From positions 7,440,001 to 7,504,000 of the forward strand of contig JBHGNT010000020.1 in assembly GCA_043228905.1 (NCBI GenBank): a stretch of 64,000 nucleotides of DNA, in the 5' to 3' direction. Position 1 is the stretch's first letter; each line of letters begins with the position of its first letter. Positions 51,193-64,000 of the stretch are shown here, one piece after another. Both the position numbers and the translations under genes were made by a program. The notes beneath the pieces were generated by a model. The model worked only from the letters and a program-made list of their open reading frames with translations, was not told the DNA's origin and did no database searches. Source of the DNA: Azolla caroliniana. Its lineage: Eukaryota; Plantae; Polypodiophyta.

Positions 51193-52812
51193 CCCTTACC
51201 ATCTCTCTTTGCTTATTTTTGGTTCCTCGGAAATTTGTACTTTGTCGGAAAAATTTGTAATTCAATCGTATGCTGAGGTAGCTTTGGGTGCACATTGCCC
51301 TTTTAGACTCTTGTGTCCATGCTTTTATTGGTTTCGAAGCTTGCTTGTTGTGCCTTGGCTGACCTCTTTAAGGATAAAGCACACACATGGGCGATGACAA
51401 CAAGCATAATCAAGACAAAGAAAACACAATAATTTATGCTCCGAGACTGCATGAGTTAAGCCCATCAATGTTTCAACTTACTGAAAGGACTTCTAGGGAC
51501 ATTAATGTTATCTCATGGGAGATGACTTGGAAATCAGAATGAGCTTAGAGTAAGTGTCATCTCATGGAACTATGTTGAGCATTGAAATGTATAGTCAAGA
51601 CAAGCAAAGGAATAACGCGATACATACATGCTGTTGACATTATTAGTTTCTCAAAGGAAAACATGGATGATGGAGATATTTGTAGATGCGGATGCATAAT
51701 ATGTGCACTTGATACACATGGGAATATGTTGTTTGTCAATCACATTCCTTTATCATTATTGAAGTCTTATTTGCTACGGGTCATGAAACTTATGAACTAA
51801 ATTGCTTTTTGTCCCGCGTTGAGCATATGCTTGGCATTGACAAACTTGTTATATGGGTAGCGAATGAATGGTGAAATTGGGGAGGGGAATATCAACATGA
51901 ACTAAAATGACGTTTCCTTTGGAATATTGTTCCAATATTTCGAGCCTCGCTTTTTCTCTCTTGTTGAGGATGCTTGGCATTGACAACACTTCTTTGTTAT
52001 ATGGGTGGCCAATGATGAACTTGGGGATATCCCTTGAATGAAGATGTTGATGCTTCATAACTAGTTCCATTGCAACATAAATTTTCCTACATTAAAAATT
52101 TGTCTGATATGAACTGAATGTGACATAATATGTTTTTGATCCAACTCCAAAAATGGAGGTGAATAGTGCTAGTCAATACCCTTCAATCAAAACTCTCCTT
52201 TTGCTATGATATAAAGAGGGAGAGAGCACCTTCAACCTCCTTGTACTTACATGATTAAGACTAAGGATCTCGTACAAATTGAACTCATCACTATTGGTTC
52301 ATTAAGACAACCTAAAAGAGATACATGCATGAGCCACATCTACATTTTCAAGGAAGGTCTATGTCAAGGGTGATTTAGTTAAAACTGCCCTACCTTTGAT
52401 AATAAGTGCAAATGTCATTATAGAGGAAGGTTTTAGTTGGAAATGCATTTGAGCAATGTGTTGGGTCAATGTTTATGTTTAAGTTGGCAAAATTGGCTTG
52501 ATTTTATAGAGACATGATAAAAAATTAAGGTGTCATAACTGACGGACATCTTCATGTTCTTTTCACACCTGTCATTCCTAGACATGTGCAAGAAACGTAT
52601 ATCCTTTGTCTTGAAGATGAATTATTTTTTCACCTTTGGTTTTGATGTATAGAGAAACACCAAACATACATCGAACATCTCTTAGACATCACTTCTATAA
52701 GGAATCCATCAATCCTCTAATGTTAGGCCCTTGGTATAATTTGGACTCTTGCTTGGGGATAAGTGTGGAAATGGAAGTGCGATGTGTGGTTTATCAAGAA
52801 TATAACATGGGA

Positions 52813-53572
52813 CAACCATTCCATAAAAGAGTTGGCACATGCAACAACTCCATTGCATGCTATCAATGGAAAAGGAAGTGTATCAACTCCATTGCATGCA
52901 ACTATGTTTTCTAGATACCGGTGTCGTGAAAATCCGTCACTATGTGCAGATCGTGAGGCGGAACCGTCAGGGTTATGGACGGGAAGGAAATAGGGCTCAC
53001 ACGCACAACCATTCAATAAAAGAGTTGGCACATGCAACAACTCCATTGCATGCTATCAATGGAAAAGGAAATGTATCAACTCCATTGCATACGACTATGT
53101 TTTCTAGATACCGGTGTCGTGAAAATCTGTCACCATGTGCGGATCGTGAGGCGGAACCGTCAGGGTTATGGACGGGAAGGAAATAGGGCTCACATGCACA
53201 ACCATTCCATAAAAGAGTTGGCACATGCAACAACTCCATTATGGAAAAGGAAATGTATCAACTCCATTGCATGCAACTATGTTTTCTAGATACCGGTGTC
53301 GTGAAAATCCGTCACTATGTGCGGATCGTGAGGCGGAACCGTCGGGGTTAAGACGGGAAGGAAATAGGGCTCACACGCACAACCATTCCATAAAAAAGTT
53401 GGCACATGCAACAACTCCATTGCATGCTGTCAATGGAAAAGGAAATGTATCAACTCCATTGCATGCAACTATGTTTTCTAGATACCGGTGTCGTGAAAAT
53501 CCGTCACTATGTGCGAATCGTGAGGCGGAATTGTCGGGGTTATGGACAAGAAGGAAATAGGGCTCACACACA
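52813..53572. repeat. 193-bp tandem array x4
   Basis: CAACCATTCCATAAAAGAGTTGGCAC... at 52813, 53006, 53199, 53380 (third unit 12 bp shorter). Confidence 0.95.
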
Positions 53573-53576
53573 CAAC

Positions 53577-54490
53577 ACAAGGAAGGCTTACACAAACAAG
53601 GCACGAGTATTCGAAAATGTTTGTGAAAAGAAGAGGTGCATGGGCAAGCCTGAATCAACCCCTAGTCACAAGGCGAATGAATGCATGTGAGGAAGGCTTA
53701 CACACGGACACACGAGGAAAAGGCTTATTTACACACACGAGAGATAGAGTTTTGAATGCCTTTGTGAAAAGAGAGGTGCATGGGCAAGCCCGAACGCTCC
53801 CTTGTTACAAGACACGTGAACACACAAGGAAAAGGCTTACTTACACACACGAGAGACAGAGTTTCGAATGCCTTTTTGAAAAGAGAGGTGCATGGGCAAG
53901 CCCGAATGCTCCCTTGTTACAAGACACTTGAACACACAAGGAAAAGGCTTACTTACACACACGAGAGACAGAGTTTCGAATGCCATTGTGAAAAGAGAGG
54001 TGCATGGGCAAGCCTAAACGCTCCCTTGTTACAAGACACGCGAACACACAAGTAAGGTTTACACACAGGAGACACTATTTCGAACGCCTTTGTGAAAGGA
54101 GAGGTGCATGGGCAAGCCCGAACGCTCCCCACAAGTCACACGAACACACAAGCAAGATTTACACTAACACGCAAGACACAAAAGTTTGAATGCCTTTGTG
54201 AAAGGAGAGGTGCATGGGCAAGCCCGAAACGCTCCCTTGTCACAAGACACACAAACAAATAAGCACAAATGACAATAACATATAAGACACGTAAGTTTGA
54301 ATGCCTTTGTGAAAGGAGAGGTGCATGAGCAAGCTCGAAATGCTCCCTTGTCACAAGACACAAACAAATAAGATACGTAAATTTGAATGCCTTTGTGAAA
54401 GGAGAGGTGCATGGGCAAGCCCAAAATGCTCCCTTGTCACAAGACAAAACAAATAAGCACAAATGACGATAACATATAAGACACGTAGGT
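53577..54490. repeat. ~110-bp degenerate tandem array (~8 units)
   Basis: Core TTTGTGAAAAGAGAGGTGCATGGGCAAGCCC recurs at about 85-140 bp spacing. Confidence 0.9.
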
Positions 54491-54532
54491 GAACATTCTT
54501 TTATAAAATAAGAATCAATTTTACAACGGGTT

Positions 54533-55148
54533 TGATATGAATATGAGAGATAATTTATAAAGGAAGGGGGAAGAGAGGTGGAGGAAAGAAAAAAATGGAA
54601 TATAGAAGAAGACGATTCTTTGTTGATGATGCCTCTCGATGTTGTTGATCCTTCTTCTTTTGCCTTCCAATTGAGTAGAGCTTCCGCGTTCCTTCAAGCT
54701 CCCCCCCCCCCCCCCCCCCCCTTCTTCACTAGAATATGCTCTTATTTATAGGTTTAGGATTGCTTGCCTTTTTCCCCTAAAGAAAAGCTTGTTTATATGA
54801 GTCGACTTTTCTTTTCCTCACTATTTCTGTATTCTAACCCCAAATTTCACATACAAGATATTCTTGGAAAGCTCTTTGGACTAGCTTTCTTATGCATCAT
54901 TTCTTTTCTAATTTGGACATTTGACGAGGAAATTATGAACTTTTTTCTATATTGTACTCATATCCACGCATGCTTTTTTTTTCCCTCTCTCCATCTTTTT
55001 CTCTATTTTTATCTACTTTTGAAAACCGCCTCTAACTTAATATTCATCATTATTTATTGTACGGTTCAATCCTTTGACCATTTATTTATAAGGAATTATC
55101 TTTGGCAAATGAAAACGTATTTTTGATACCAATAAAGTTGACTTCACA
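54533..55148 (+). repeat. LTR-like sequence (family of 18764-19401)
   Basis: TG...GTTGACTTCACA, TATTTATAG, shared internal blocks; contains a C21 tract. Confidence 0.6.
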
Positions 55149-55849
55149 ATACTAGTTTATTTGAACTACTATTTTTACTTCTTTTCGAGGGTGGTTTCCC
55201 ACTATGTGTTAGAAACATCACGACACTGGAGCATGAGGAATCCTTTCACCTACTAAAGAAATTGTTAGTCATGGTCCAAATCATCAAATTAGGTGGAGGA
55301 CATCCATCTCTATACATTGTGTCGGTGATAGGAATCCTACACACATCTAGCCCCTATGGAATGCAACTATAGTAACAAATAATAAGACACACAAGAAATG
55401 GTCCATGTAGGAAAATCCATACACTATCTCTTGGGCAACAAAATCCAAATCCAAATAAATGATTATCGCATTGTCCTACTCAACTCATTGCCTCCATCAT
55501 TGAATTTGGATCTTCAAGGAAAGTAAAAAATAAATACTTGTTATTGTGTTCCTGCATCATACTTTCCTAGTAGGTTGATAATTGGTTCCATTGTGAGGGC
55601 ATTGGAAACTTGAATATTGTTGACAGAATGATAATAGAGTTACTTTAAGTTGGAAAACAATGTTATGATGTGAAGACCACACATGACGAAATGGTTAAAA
55701 CTAAAATATATTAGAGGTTGGGGGATAGAACGATTGTCATGAGATAAGATAATCTATTAGTCAAAACTAATAAAAAGATATAACTCAATTGCTAGGAGCT
55801 TATATATTATAAATAAAAAGTCAAGGGTTCAAATCTTCTGGTGAAGGAT

Positions 55850-57050
55850 AAAGGGAAAAAGGTGATCTATAGTAAATACATATTAAGTTATAGGGTTTAG
55901 GTATATGAAGTAAAAATGAAATGGAATGTAAATCTTTTATGCTAGTCGAGTCTCAAGGTCAAGTCCTATGAAAAGAAACTTACTATTTTAGTAATAGTCA
56001 TCTTAAAACCTATAAAAAGGAGAGGAGAAGTAAAGGAAAAGGGTATATATGATTGGGTATATGAAGTAAAAAGGAAAAGGAGCGTAAATGTTTTGCGCTA
56101 GTTGAATCTCGAGCTCAAGTGCTATAAATAGAAGCTTAGTTATAAAATTTTACAAATGAGATTATTATGTACAAATCCCTGTTGGGACGCGATAGTTCCA
56201 TCTTATGTGGATACCCACTAACTCAAGAAAGGGAGAGGACGACCATTGTTGGATGAAGGCTGTTCGTTGTCTTTCAACTCCATCGGAGCCACCCTTGAGG
56301 CCATCATATTGGCTCTTTAGAGTGGCTACAATTTCACTCCATATCTGTTGCAGTAACATTGTTGGGTGCACGGTTTGGTTGGAGAAGACCCATCTACATC
56401 GTTGTTTCCATAGAATCCAAAGAGTTATTGGGCTGACCAATTCTACCACAACTTGAGATTTGTCATTAAGAGGAGTTGAGTGGACATTGTCGATGGTGGA
56501 GAAAAAAACCTCTTGTGCTTTTATCACCAAAGTCATCCCCTCCTCTTGATGCTCGTATCTGCCAACTGGCGTCTGCCATGATAGCCAACATATATTTCCC
56601 CACTTCATTGAGCCTTGCACCTGGCATAATTGCAACAAGCGGCCAACCCCCTGCCATATTCGATGGGACGCTGGGCAGTTCCACAGAGCGTGTCGTATTG
56701 ATTCTACTGCATTTGGACACTCTACACAATTAGGAGACCTAAGGTTCCCACGTTGCCATGCTCCCATCGGCAATGACTTATATGTATTAATAGCCATTGG
56801 AATGTGGTAATTCACCTTGCGTGTTGTTGTTTCCAGATTTTCTGCCAAAACTTGGTGATAATTGTGTGAGGAACTTGATATGTGTGCCAGACCTTTGCAG
56901 CAGTTGGCTCTCGGGCGGTTTGAGTTGCTAGAATGTGGCGACCCAATCTAGTTGTGAACTAGAAGAAAGGGATGGGTTTGCTTTCTTGCCCCGCGTAAGG
57001 ATCACGCCATGTCCATTGGAAAGGGTCCCAACTAACCTTATGTAGCCATG
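55850..57050 (-). mobile_element. L1-clade LINE 3' fragment (zf-RVT and C-terminus)
   Basis: ORF 56165..56848: CVECPNAVESIRHALWNCP..W, LWILWKQR; paralogous to the C-terminus of the 46580-49015 LINE; boundaries approximate. Confidence 0.85.
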
Positions 57051-58260
57051 TGTTTTCATGAGTACATATGTGCCAATCGGGTTGTACTTTGATCGGATCA
57101 AGATCTACAATCCACTTATGACCAGTATACGCAAGTACTCAAATTGCGTTATTATGTGTTGGTGTCGCAATGTCTCGCAATTCAGAGCATGCGATCCTGT
57201 CTGGTGTTCCCATACCTCTCGGGATCAAAGATCCCTCCTCCTCGTAGCCTATCCATTTCCCCATTGTCGTCCTTTGAGTAGCAGCTTCCCTACCTACTCT
57301 TTTCTAAGTCACTCAATGTAATGGTGTCAAAATAATCTCATTGTATGTGATTCAAATTAATCCTTTGATGTATTCAGCTTTTTAATACCCACATAAAATT
57401 AATCTTTGTAATCTATTATCTAGTGATACTTGTTATCAAATAGGACCACTACAAATTTTCCGGCTCTGAAATTTGACCTCAAAATGCAAATTTACATAAT
57501 TTGGAGAAACATCTGGAAAAATGATGAGTGATCAAATCACCACATTGTCAACTTGAAGAATTATTCATGATGTACATGTCAAATTTTTCAGGTCACGATT
57601 CCATCCACTAGGTGAGAAGTTGGAGCGTTCTCCTACTCAAACATTCTCCACATCCTACCTTTTACTCCTCCTCAACCCTTCTTTGCCTCCAATATTCTCC
57701 TTATTCCAACCTTCTCTCTCTCTCTCTCTCTATGATATGATCTAAGAAGATTAGTTTTGTAATCAACTAAATCTAATAGGTTTCAGAGGTATTCTTCTCA
57801 TACGGTTTAGTTCCACAATGGTAAACACTCAAAAGATGGCCACAAAGTCCGGGACTATGATCAATAATGAGCCATGATCACCAACAATTCTTGATGCCAA
57901 CGCAATAAACTCAGCCACAATGGACAAAATGCTTATGAGTCACGTGATTTCTCTTCAAGAAACCATAAACAAGCAAGGTGAAGAGATTAGGGCACTAATG
58001 AAAAGAATGCTAAGCTCCAAATTGGTGTTATTGAGAATGAAAGTCTTAGGAAAATGGTTGCAAAACTTGAAGATGAGATTCACGAATGTAAGAGAGCTTC
58101 TTTTGAAATAAATGAGCGCCTTAACAAGATTGAAGCATTAAAAGAAGAAAAATTGGACTCGATGATGTGGGATGTAAGTGAGATGAAGAATGTATGCACA
58201 ACGAAGTCATGTGTCATGGACATGACAACAATCATGTCATGATTCAAACTCGTGCCCTAC

Positions 58261-58776
58261 TGTATTATAATTGATATGTTTTAACCAACACGTCCAATAC
58301 ATGGTCATGTTACCTTAGTAGATTATTAGTAGATTATCTATTCCACGTGCTTGGAGATTTTAGAAGCTCTCAAAAAGCTCTAGATGCTGGAACATTCTAG
58401 AAGCTTGTGCATGAAAAGGAGTCTTTGCATGGAACTACATTTAGAGCCCACAAACATGTATAAATATAGTGGTTCACCTTGACCCTAGTCAAGGTGAATA
58501 ACTCCAGTTACGGAATCCAATATTTTGCTTATATATCTCTTGCTTCTTGCTTCTCTCTCTCTCTCTCTCTCCCTCGCTCTCTCTCCTAGAATCTTATCTT
58601 TCACCCATCTCTGTTTTGCTCTACTCTATCTGTCCGAGATAGATTGTTCACCTTCCATCTCCAAAGCCTCATGATGTCAAATTCTACTGATGTCGTGAAG
58701 AATTTTGTCCATATGGTGAAAAAGGGTTGAGCGCATGTTCACGGGGGTTTCGGCGAAGAAGAGGACTGGTCTAACA
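58261..58776 (+). repeat. LTR-like sequence
   Basis: TG start, TATAAATA, CT microsatellite, ends CTAACA; no partner LTR or TSD found. Confidence 0.4.
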
Positions 58777-58780
58777 AGTG

Positions 58781-60578
58781 TGTGAGCAAGGGTGTGCAAA
58801 TAGGTACAAAACACAAGGATCGGTATACAAAAATGTAAATATATGTAAAATATTGAAGGTACTAGGTAGAGTAGTTAATGGGTACTTTATGTCCCACATT
58901 TATAGAGAATAAGAATAAGTTTAGATGGAGAGAATCGAGGGCGATCTCTGATAGAAAAGGTTGCCATTTACTTGCGATGTAACGGCCGCCCCTTGTGTTA
59001 TAAAAAGGGAGGTTTGAGACCTTTTTGAGGATCCAGGATTTGGGAGAACGAAGTGCTGCCGGACTGAGCCTTGCATATTTTTGTTTTCCCATTCGCTGTT
59101 TCAGTCGTTGAGCTATGACTCATGAGCCCTCCGTTTCGGGCTGGTAGCTTGTGCGCTCCCGATTAGAGGCTCGTTGGTGTCTGTATGTGTGTGTGTCGGG
59201 AGCTCGTAGCTTTGTTGCCGGCTGCGTCCGGTTGTAATATTCTATTTCCTCTGATTAATCGTTAGTTTTTGCTGAGTCTATGTTCGTGTTCGGGAAATTC
59301 CGCGTCGTTTCTGTTTGCCGTATATTTGTCATGTACGGAGCTTGTGGTTTCATCTCTATTCTATCTCCATTTGAGTGTGTGTGATCGGTGTGAGAGCCCA
59401 TGAGCTCATTGTTCATTGTCAGGCGCCGCTCCAGAATTGATAACGCATGTTGAGGTCGTGAGCTCGCCGTCAAGCATCCGGAGGCCGATCCGGATAATCA
59501 CCTTCCCTTACTAGCTCCTTGGTCCGAGACCTTGGTGGTGCCCCCCCGTTCCGACACGTCCACGCGGAAATTTGCGACATCTTTGGTGAACCCGATGTGA
59601 AAGGGGCGGTAGAGGAGTCCGAAGATGAGAGGAAATGAGCTCGTAGAGGCGGTGGTCGTGGCCGTCGATCGGATAGTAAATGTGCGGGAGAGCATGGGTG
59701 GCCTCAACAGGGCCATAGAGACGATAGTCGATATGATACGCTGATTTAATGGGAAGGATGCGACCAACTATCTAGAGGCCTACCAGGCCGAAATGATAAT
59801 GAGGGATATCCCGAAGGATAGACAATTGTCTGGATTCCTGCAAGTGGTGACACCGAGCATCCACGCGGAGGTGCACGAGGGGTGCTCGACATCCAAGTCG
59901 ACTGCCGGGATTGGTCGGAGTTTGAGGGATGGCTTGAGATTGGTTGTCGAAACAAGAGTTCATGGAATGGGTCGAGAATTCTGGGAAAGAGGGGAATACA
60001 TCGGTTCTCCTCCAAGAGTTCGAAAGGCGATTTGCTCGACTCTCGACGTTAGATCGGACTGTGCTCGATACGAGCAAGGTCCTGCTATTTGTTAAGTCCA
60101 TCGCCACTAGACCGAGAGAAGGTGGGTCTCCTATTGGAGACGGATGAAGGGATCACAACCGACTGGGCCGTGGTAAAGAGGGTCTGCACCCACTTCGATA
60201 AGTGGCGGGATTGGAACAACGAAGGGTCGTCTACGACCTACCTGACTACAGGGAAGAAGTTTGAGGATCCGATTCCGACCCAATCGAAAGAGACGAGACG
60301 GTGGCTCGAGTTGGGCACGGTCCCGACCAATGTGTCCGGAGGATTGGCCGGGGGCACGACACTAGAGGAGCTGACAAGAATGGTGCGCGATCTCCAGATC
60401 GCTCAGCCCCGGAGGGAATGTGGGAATGAAGAGTGTGATCGGCGCTTGCTGAATGATAGGAGATGCGTGTGGTGCGGTAATGTCGGCCACATCTGAAGAG
60501 ACCGCGTCGACTTCGTCGACACATTGAGGAAAACCATGATATATCTTTGGAACGGTAGGGTGCATGCAAGTGACATGC
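58781..60578 (+). mobile_element. Ty3/gypsy element I (5' LTR, tRNA-Trp PBS, gag), interrupted by F
   Basis: LTR ~58781-59579 (TGTGAGCAA...TTTGCGACA); PBS; gag FNGKDATNYLEAY and zinc knuckle CVWCGNVGH. Confidence 0.8.
59584..59600 (+). promoter_or_regulatory. PBS complementary to tRNA-Trp
   Basis: TGGTGAACCCGATGTGA, complement of the plant tRNA-Trp 3' end (from memory) with one CpG transition. Confidence 0.8.
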
Positions 60579-63500
60579 TGTAAAAGAATACGTGTGTGGA
60601 AGTGTATGTGTAAGACACAAAATACTCAGTTCGAAAGTATGACAGTTCGGTAAAAACGCAGAAATCTCAGAGAAAGAGAGGGAGAGATAGAGAGAGAGAG
60701 TAGAACGAAAACTATATCAAAAAAAAAATCTTTGTATGTTCTCTGTATATATACTTCGTGCTTAGTGAGCACCTTTTATACAAGCCCTGACTATTGGGTT
60801 GACACAAGTACTCACAATACTTGACTGCTCATAAATGAGCCTCTACACTAACTCCCAAAACTATTCCTTACGAGGAAAAACGTTCTAACGGCCTCTTGGT
60901 TTACACACTGCTACAACCATATTGTGTGTACGGTTTTACGCACCCAATCTACGCACTGGGTTACACATCCAATGTTGAGCTTGTATCTCAATTGTCCCCC
61001 TCAAGCTCAAGTTGAGGTTTCATCCGCTCTCCCGAATCTTCACTCTGGCTTCTCCTGGCTTTAGGCCTCGCTCGTGCTCCTCGACCCGTTCGATTTCACG
61101 CGCCTCGACCCTTTCGGTCAGCTTGTCTGCTCGTGTGGCCCTTATCAACTCCCTTGCTATCGCGATATTGGCACCTCTTCCGCTGCCCTTTCCTCCGCTC
61201 GGCCCTTAGTTGATTCGGCATGTCTGAATCGAACATTGCGATTGAATAGGTCATTGACAACGTCTGCTCATGTCCGAATTGGCTGTCTCCAATTCGTCTT
61301 CGGTCTTCAGGCCCTTGACAATGTCAGACCACGTCTTGGTCTTGGCCTTTACACCCTTCTTGGCTATATCTCCCCCTTGTCTAGCTATCTTCGGCTCTTT
61401 CTTGCGATTACGACCCATGTTTCCTCCTTCGGCTTCTTCAACCGACCCGAAATCGGATTCTTCATCTGATTGGGCATCGCGGTCACTACCGCTCCTTTCA
61501 CGTTCACACTCTTGTTGTCTCCCCCTCAAGTTCGGCGTGTCGAGGTGACGCAAACCCAACTTACCCGAGAAATGCCGCAACTTGCCGGACCATGGGAACA
61601 TACGCTAGTTCGACTTCACTAGAAAGGACACGGTCGTAGACAAAATGGTAGTGCACCTCAATGTGCTTGGTCCGGGCGTGGAATATAGGATTTTTCACAA
61701 GGTTGATATTGTTGAGGTTGTCGCAATAGATCATCGTCGGATCGGACACCTCCACATGCAGATCCCGTAATAGTCATTTGAGCTTAATGACTTGGCACGT
61801 AGCGATAGTTGCCCTTCGATATTCGGCCTCCATGCTCGACAATGCCATTGTCGGGTGCTTCTTACTGCTCCACACGATCGCTGCACTTCCCATTGAGAAT
61901 GCGTATCCGGATGTGGATCTACGATCATTGGTATTTCCGGCCCAATCGGCATCCGTGTAGCCAACTAATTGTTCAGCTACGCCTGCCCGATATAGCAACG
62001 CCATGTCCTTAGTTCCGCTGACATATCGCAATATCCTTTGCGCGCACTGAAAGTGTTCGGCCGTGGGCTGCAACATAAATTGATTGATCAAACCGACCGG
62101 GTAACTAAGATCCGACCAAGTGATGGTCAAGTAGATTAGGCTTCCGACAATCTATTGGAACTGTGTCGAGTCGCATGCCTTTCCCGAATCTCGGCAAAGC
62201 TTTACGTGATACATCCAGAGGGGTCGAGATGGGCTTACAAGCTTCCATCACGTACTTAAAGAGCATATTCAATGCGTAGTGATGTTGGCTGATCAATATG
62301 CCTTCGGGGATACGGATCACTTCAATCCTAAGGAAGTAATGAAGGCCGCCAAGATCCTTCATTTCAAACGATGCCGCAAGTTGAGACTTGACGTGGCTGA
62401 TTTCTTCTAGGTCGGCACCGGGGATGACTAAATCATCAACATAAAGTAAAACAAAAACCGGTCCATGTCGACCTTGTCGAATGAACAACGAAGAGTTTGA
62501 TATTGACGTCGTACACCCCATTCTATGCAACTGTTGTGTAATCTTCGCGTTTCAAGCTCGCGGGGCTTGTTTAAGTCCATATAACGCCTTCTTTGATCGA
62601 CAGACTGCCAAAGTGTTCTGTTCGGATAGAAATCCAGGGCGTTGTACCATGTACACCTGTTCCTCAAGATCACCTTACAGGAATGCATTTTTTACATCCA
62701 TCTGATGTAAGTGCCACCCCTTCACTGCTGCTACGGCTAGCAGAACATGCACCGTGGTCATCTTCGTGACAAGCGCAAACGTCTCGTCGTAATCTACGTT
62801 GTGCTTCTGCGTATAACCTTTTGCAACCAAATGGGCCTTATATCAGTTGATCGAGCCGTCGGTGTTGTATTTCACCTTAAACACGCATCTACAGCGGATT
62901 GACTTGACACCTTTAGATGCGATAACCAGGTCCCTAGTCTTGTTGTTCGTTAAAGCGTGCATCTCTTCCTCCATCGAGGTACGCCAATTCGCGTTGTTGT
63001 GCCTTTCGGCTTTGGATCGTTGCGTGAGTCGGGTGGGAACCACTGAGGTTTTGGACTAGGAGAAAGAAGAATATGAGGTAAGGCTAGTAATGAATAGGTA
63101 GAAAGAGAGGTAAGTTATGAATCTCGTGATTCCCACAAGTTTAGTGTATTTAATCAATATTTAGATAGTAAAAGACAATTTAGATGACAATCCGTGAATC
63201 TCACGAACATATTATATTGGTCAATCTTTACAAAATAATCAACAACCCTATACATCTTTCTCTCCTCCTTATATAAGGATGGGAGAGACTAAGCATAGCT
63301 TTCTGCCTTTTCTCAAGTGTTCATGCACACTAAATGTGCATGAGTTGCCTTTTTCCACTATGCTTTTATTTCCTAAATATAGTGCTCATGCACGCTAGAT
63401 GTGCACGAGTATTAGTTTATATTTTTCTTGTAAATAAAGTATTCACGCACTCTAAAAATGCATGATTTACCTTTTAATAAAGGTATGCATAAATAAAAGT

Positions 63501-64000
63501 CTTATAGCTATTAAATCTATATTTATAACACTTATGATAAGTTAATACAATGGTAAAGTTTTGGTTTATTTACATGGAGGTACATGATTCAAATCTTACC
63601 TTATGCATGTAATAAATATTTTAAAATTTTCTTTTATTTATATATATGTACTTAAATCGGATATATTATTTTTACATTTTTCATGTAGTGTGCGGACTAC
63701 ACTACGACACTTAAATCTATATTATAACACTTATGATAAGTTAATACAATGGTAAAGTTTTGGTTTATTTACGTGGAGGTACAAGATTCGAATCCTGCCC
63801 TATGCATGTAATAAATATTTTAATATTTTCTTTTATTTATATATATGTACTTAAATCAGATATATTATTTTTACATTTTTCATGTAGTGTGCGAACTACA
63901 CTACGACAACGTCTTTCGCCGCTTCTGCGTAGCTCTCCGGCTCAAGCACTTCCGCCACTCATGTCATGTTCGCATAATGGTGCCCCATGTATTCATTGTA
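60579..64000 (-). mobile_element. Ty1/copia F (relative of A/C), 5' part outside window
   Basis: 3' LTR 60579-~60993, PPT 60994-61005, RNase H and RT remnants (61561-63043), resumes at 63909. Confidence 0.93.
62995..63908. mobile_element. Solo-LTR-like insertion in F
   Basis: TGTTGT...ACGACA ends; flanks GCGT/ACGT; splits the EAAKD/ANW codons; AT-rich with TATA; terminal ~200 bp duplicated (63511-63710, 63711-63908). Confidence 0.75.

Noticed and set aside
52636-54462. Many overlapping ORFs in the tandem arrays
   Set aside because: The 193-bp unit is not a multiple of 3 and frames shift between units, so the ORFs are repeat artefacts
57818-58242. Coiled-coil-like ORF fragments
   Set aside because: Frameshifted, short and unassignable; probably a TE remnant

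Overview
Eukaryotic land-plant nuclear DNA, probably a non-seed vascular plant such as a fern (inferred from the PLS-type PPR remnant, the large TE-filled intron and the retroelement types; not proven). There are two apparently intact host genes. One is a 3-exon MFS/OPA glycerol-3-phosphate permease (G3Pp/SLC37-like) on the minus strand (CDS 24461-23306, 16545-15991, 15893-15880; 574 aa; 6.76-kb TE-filled intron). The other is a single-exon mTERF6-like gene (50146-51192). A disrupted PPR gene lies head-to-head with mTERF6. Most of the rest is nested retroelements, many with readable target-site duplications (TSDs). Copia A (1-9851) carries a Tnt1/Tork-like copia B (1350-6554, TSD GATAC). Chromovirus gypsy G (25250-37472, TSD AGTTG) carries copia C (29954-35277, TSD TAATC). 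A tandem copia D (40238-46020) carries a solo LTR (TSD GTTCG). A tRNA-Trp-primed gypsy I carries copia F, which carries another solo-LTR-like insert. There are also a gag-only copia H, L1/RTE LINE fragments, a hAT-type MITE and tandem arrays. The most unusual signals are (i) a 56-bp-periodic, CRISPR-like hairpin-repeat/spacer array in the gypsy G leader, (ii) a double polypurine tract (PPT) in three related copia families that brackets a Pol C-terminal extension, with a conserved alternative-hairpin cassette at the PPT/LTR junction, (iii) a hairpin perfected in only one LTR of gypsy G, and (iv) strong CCGG enrichment in copia B.
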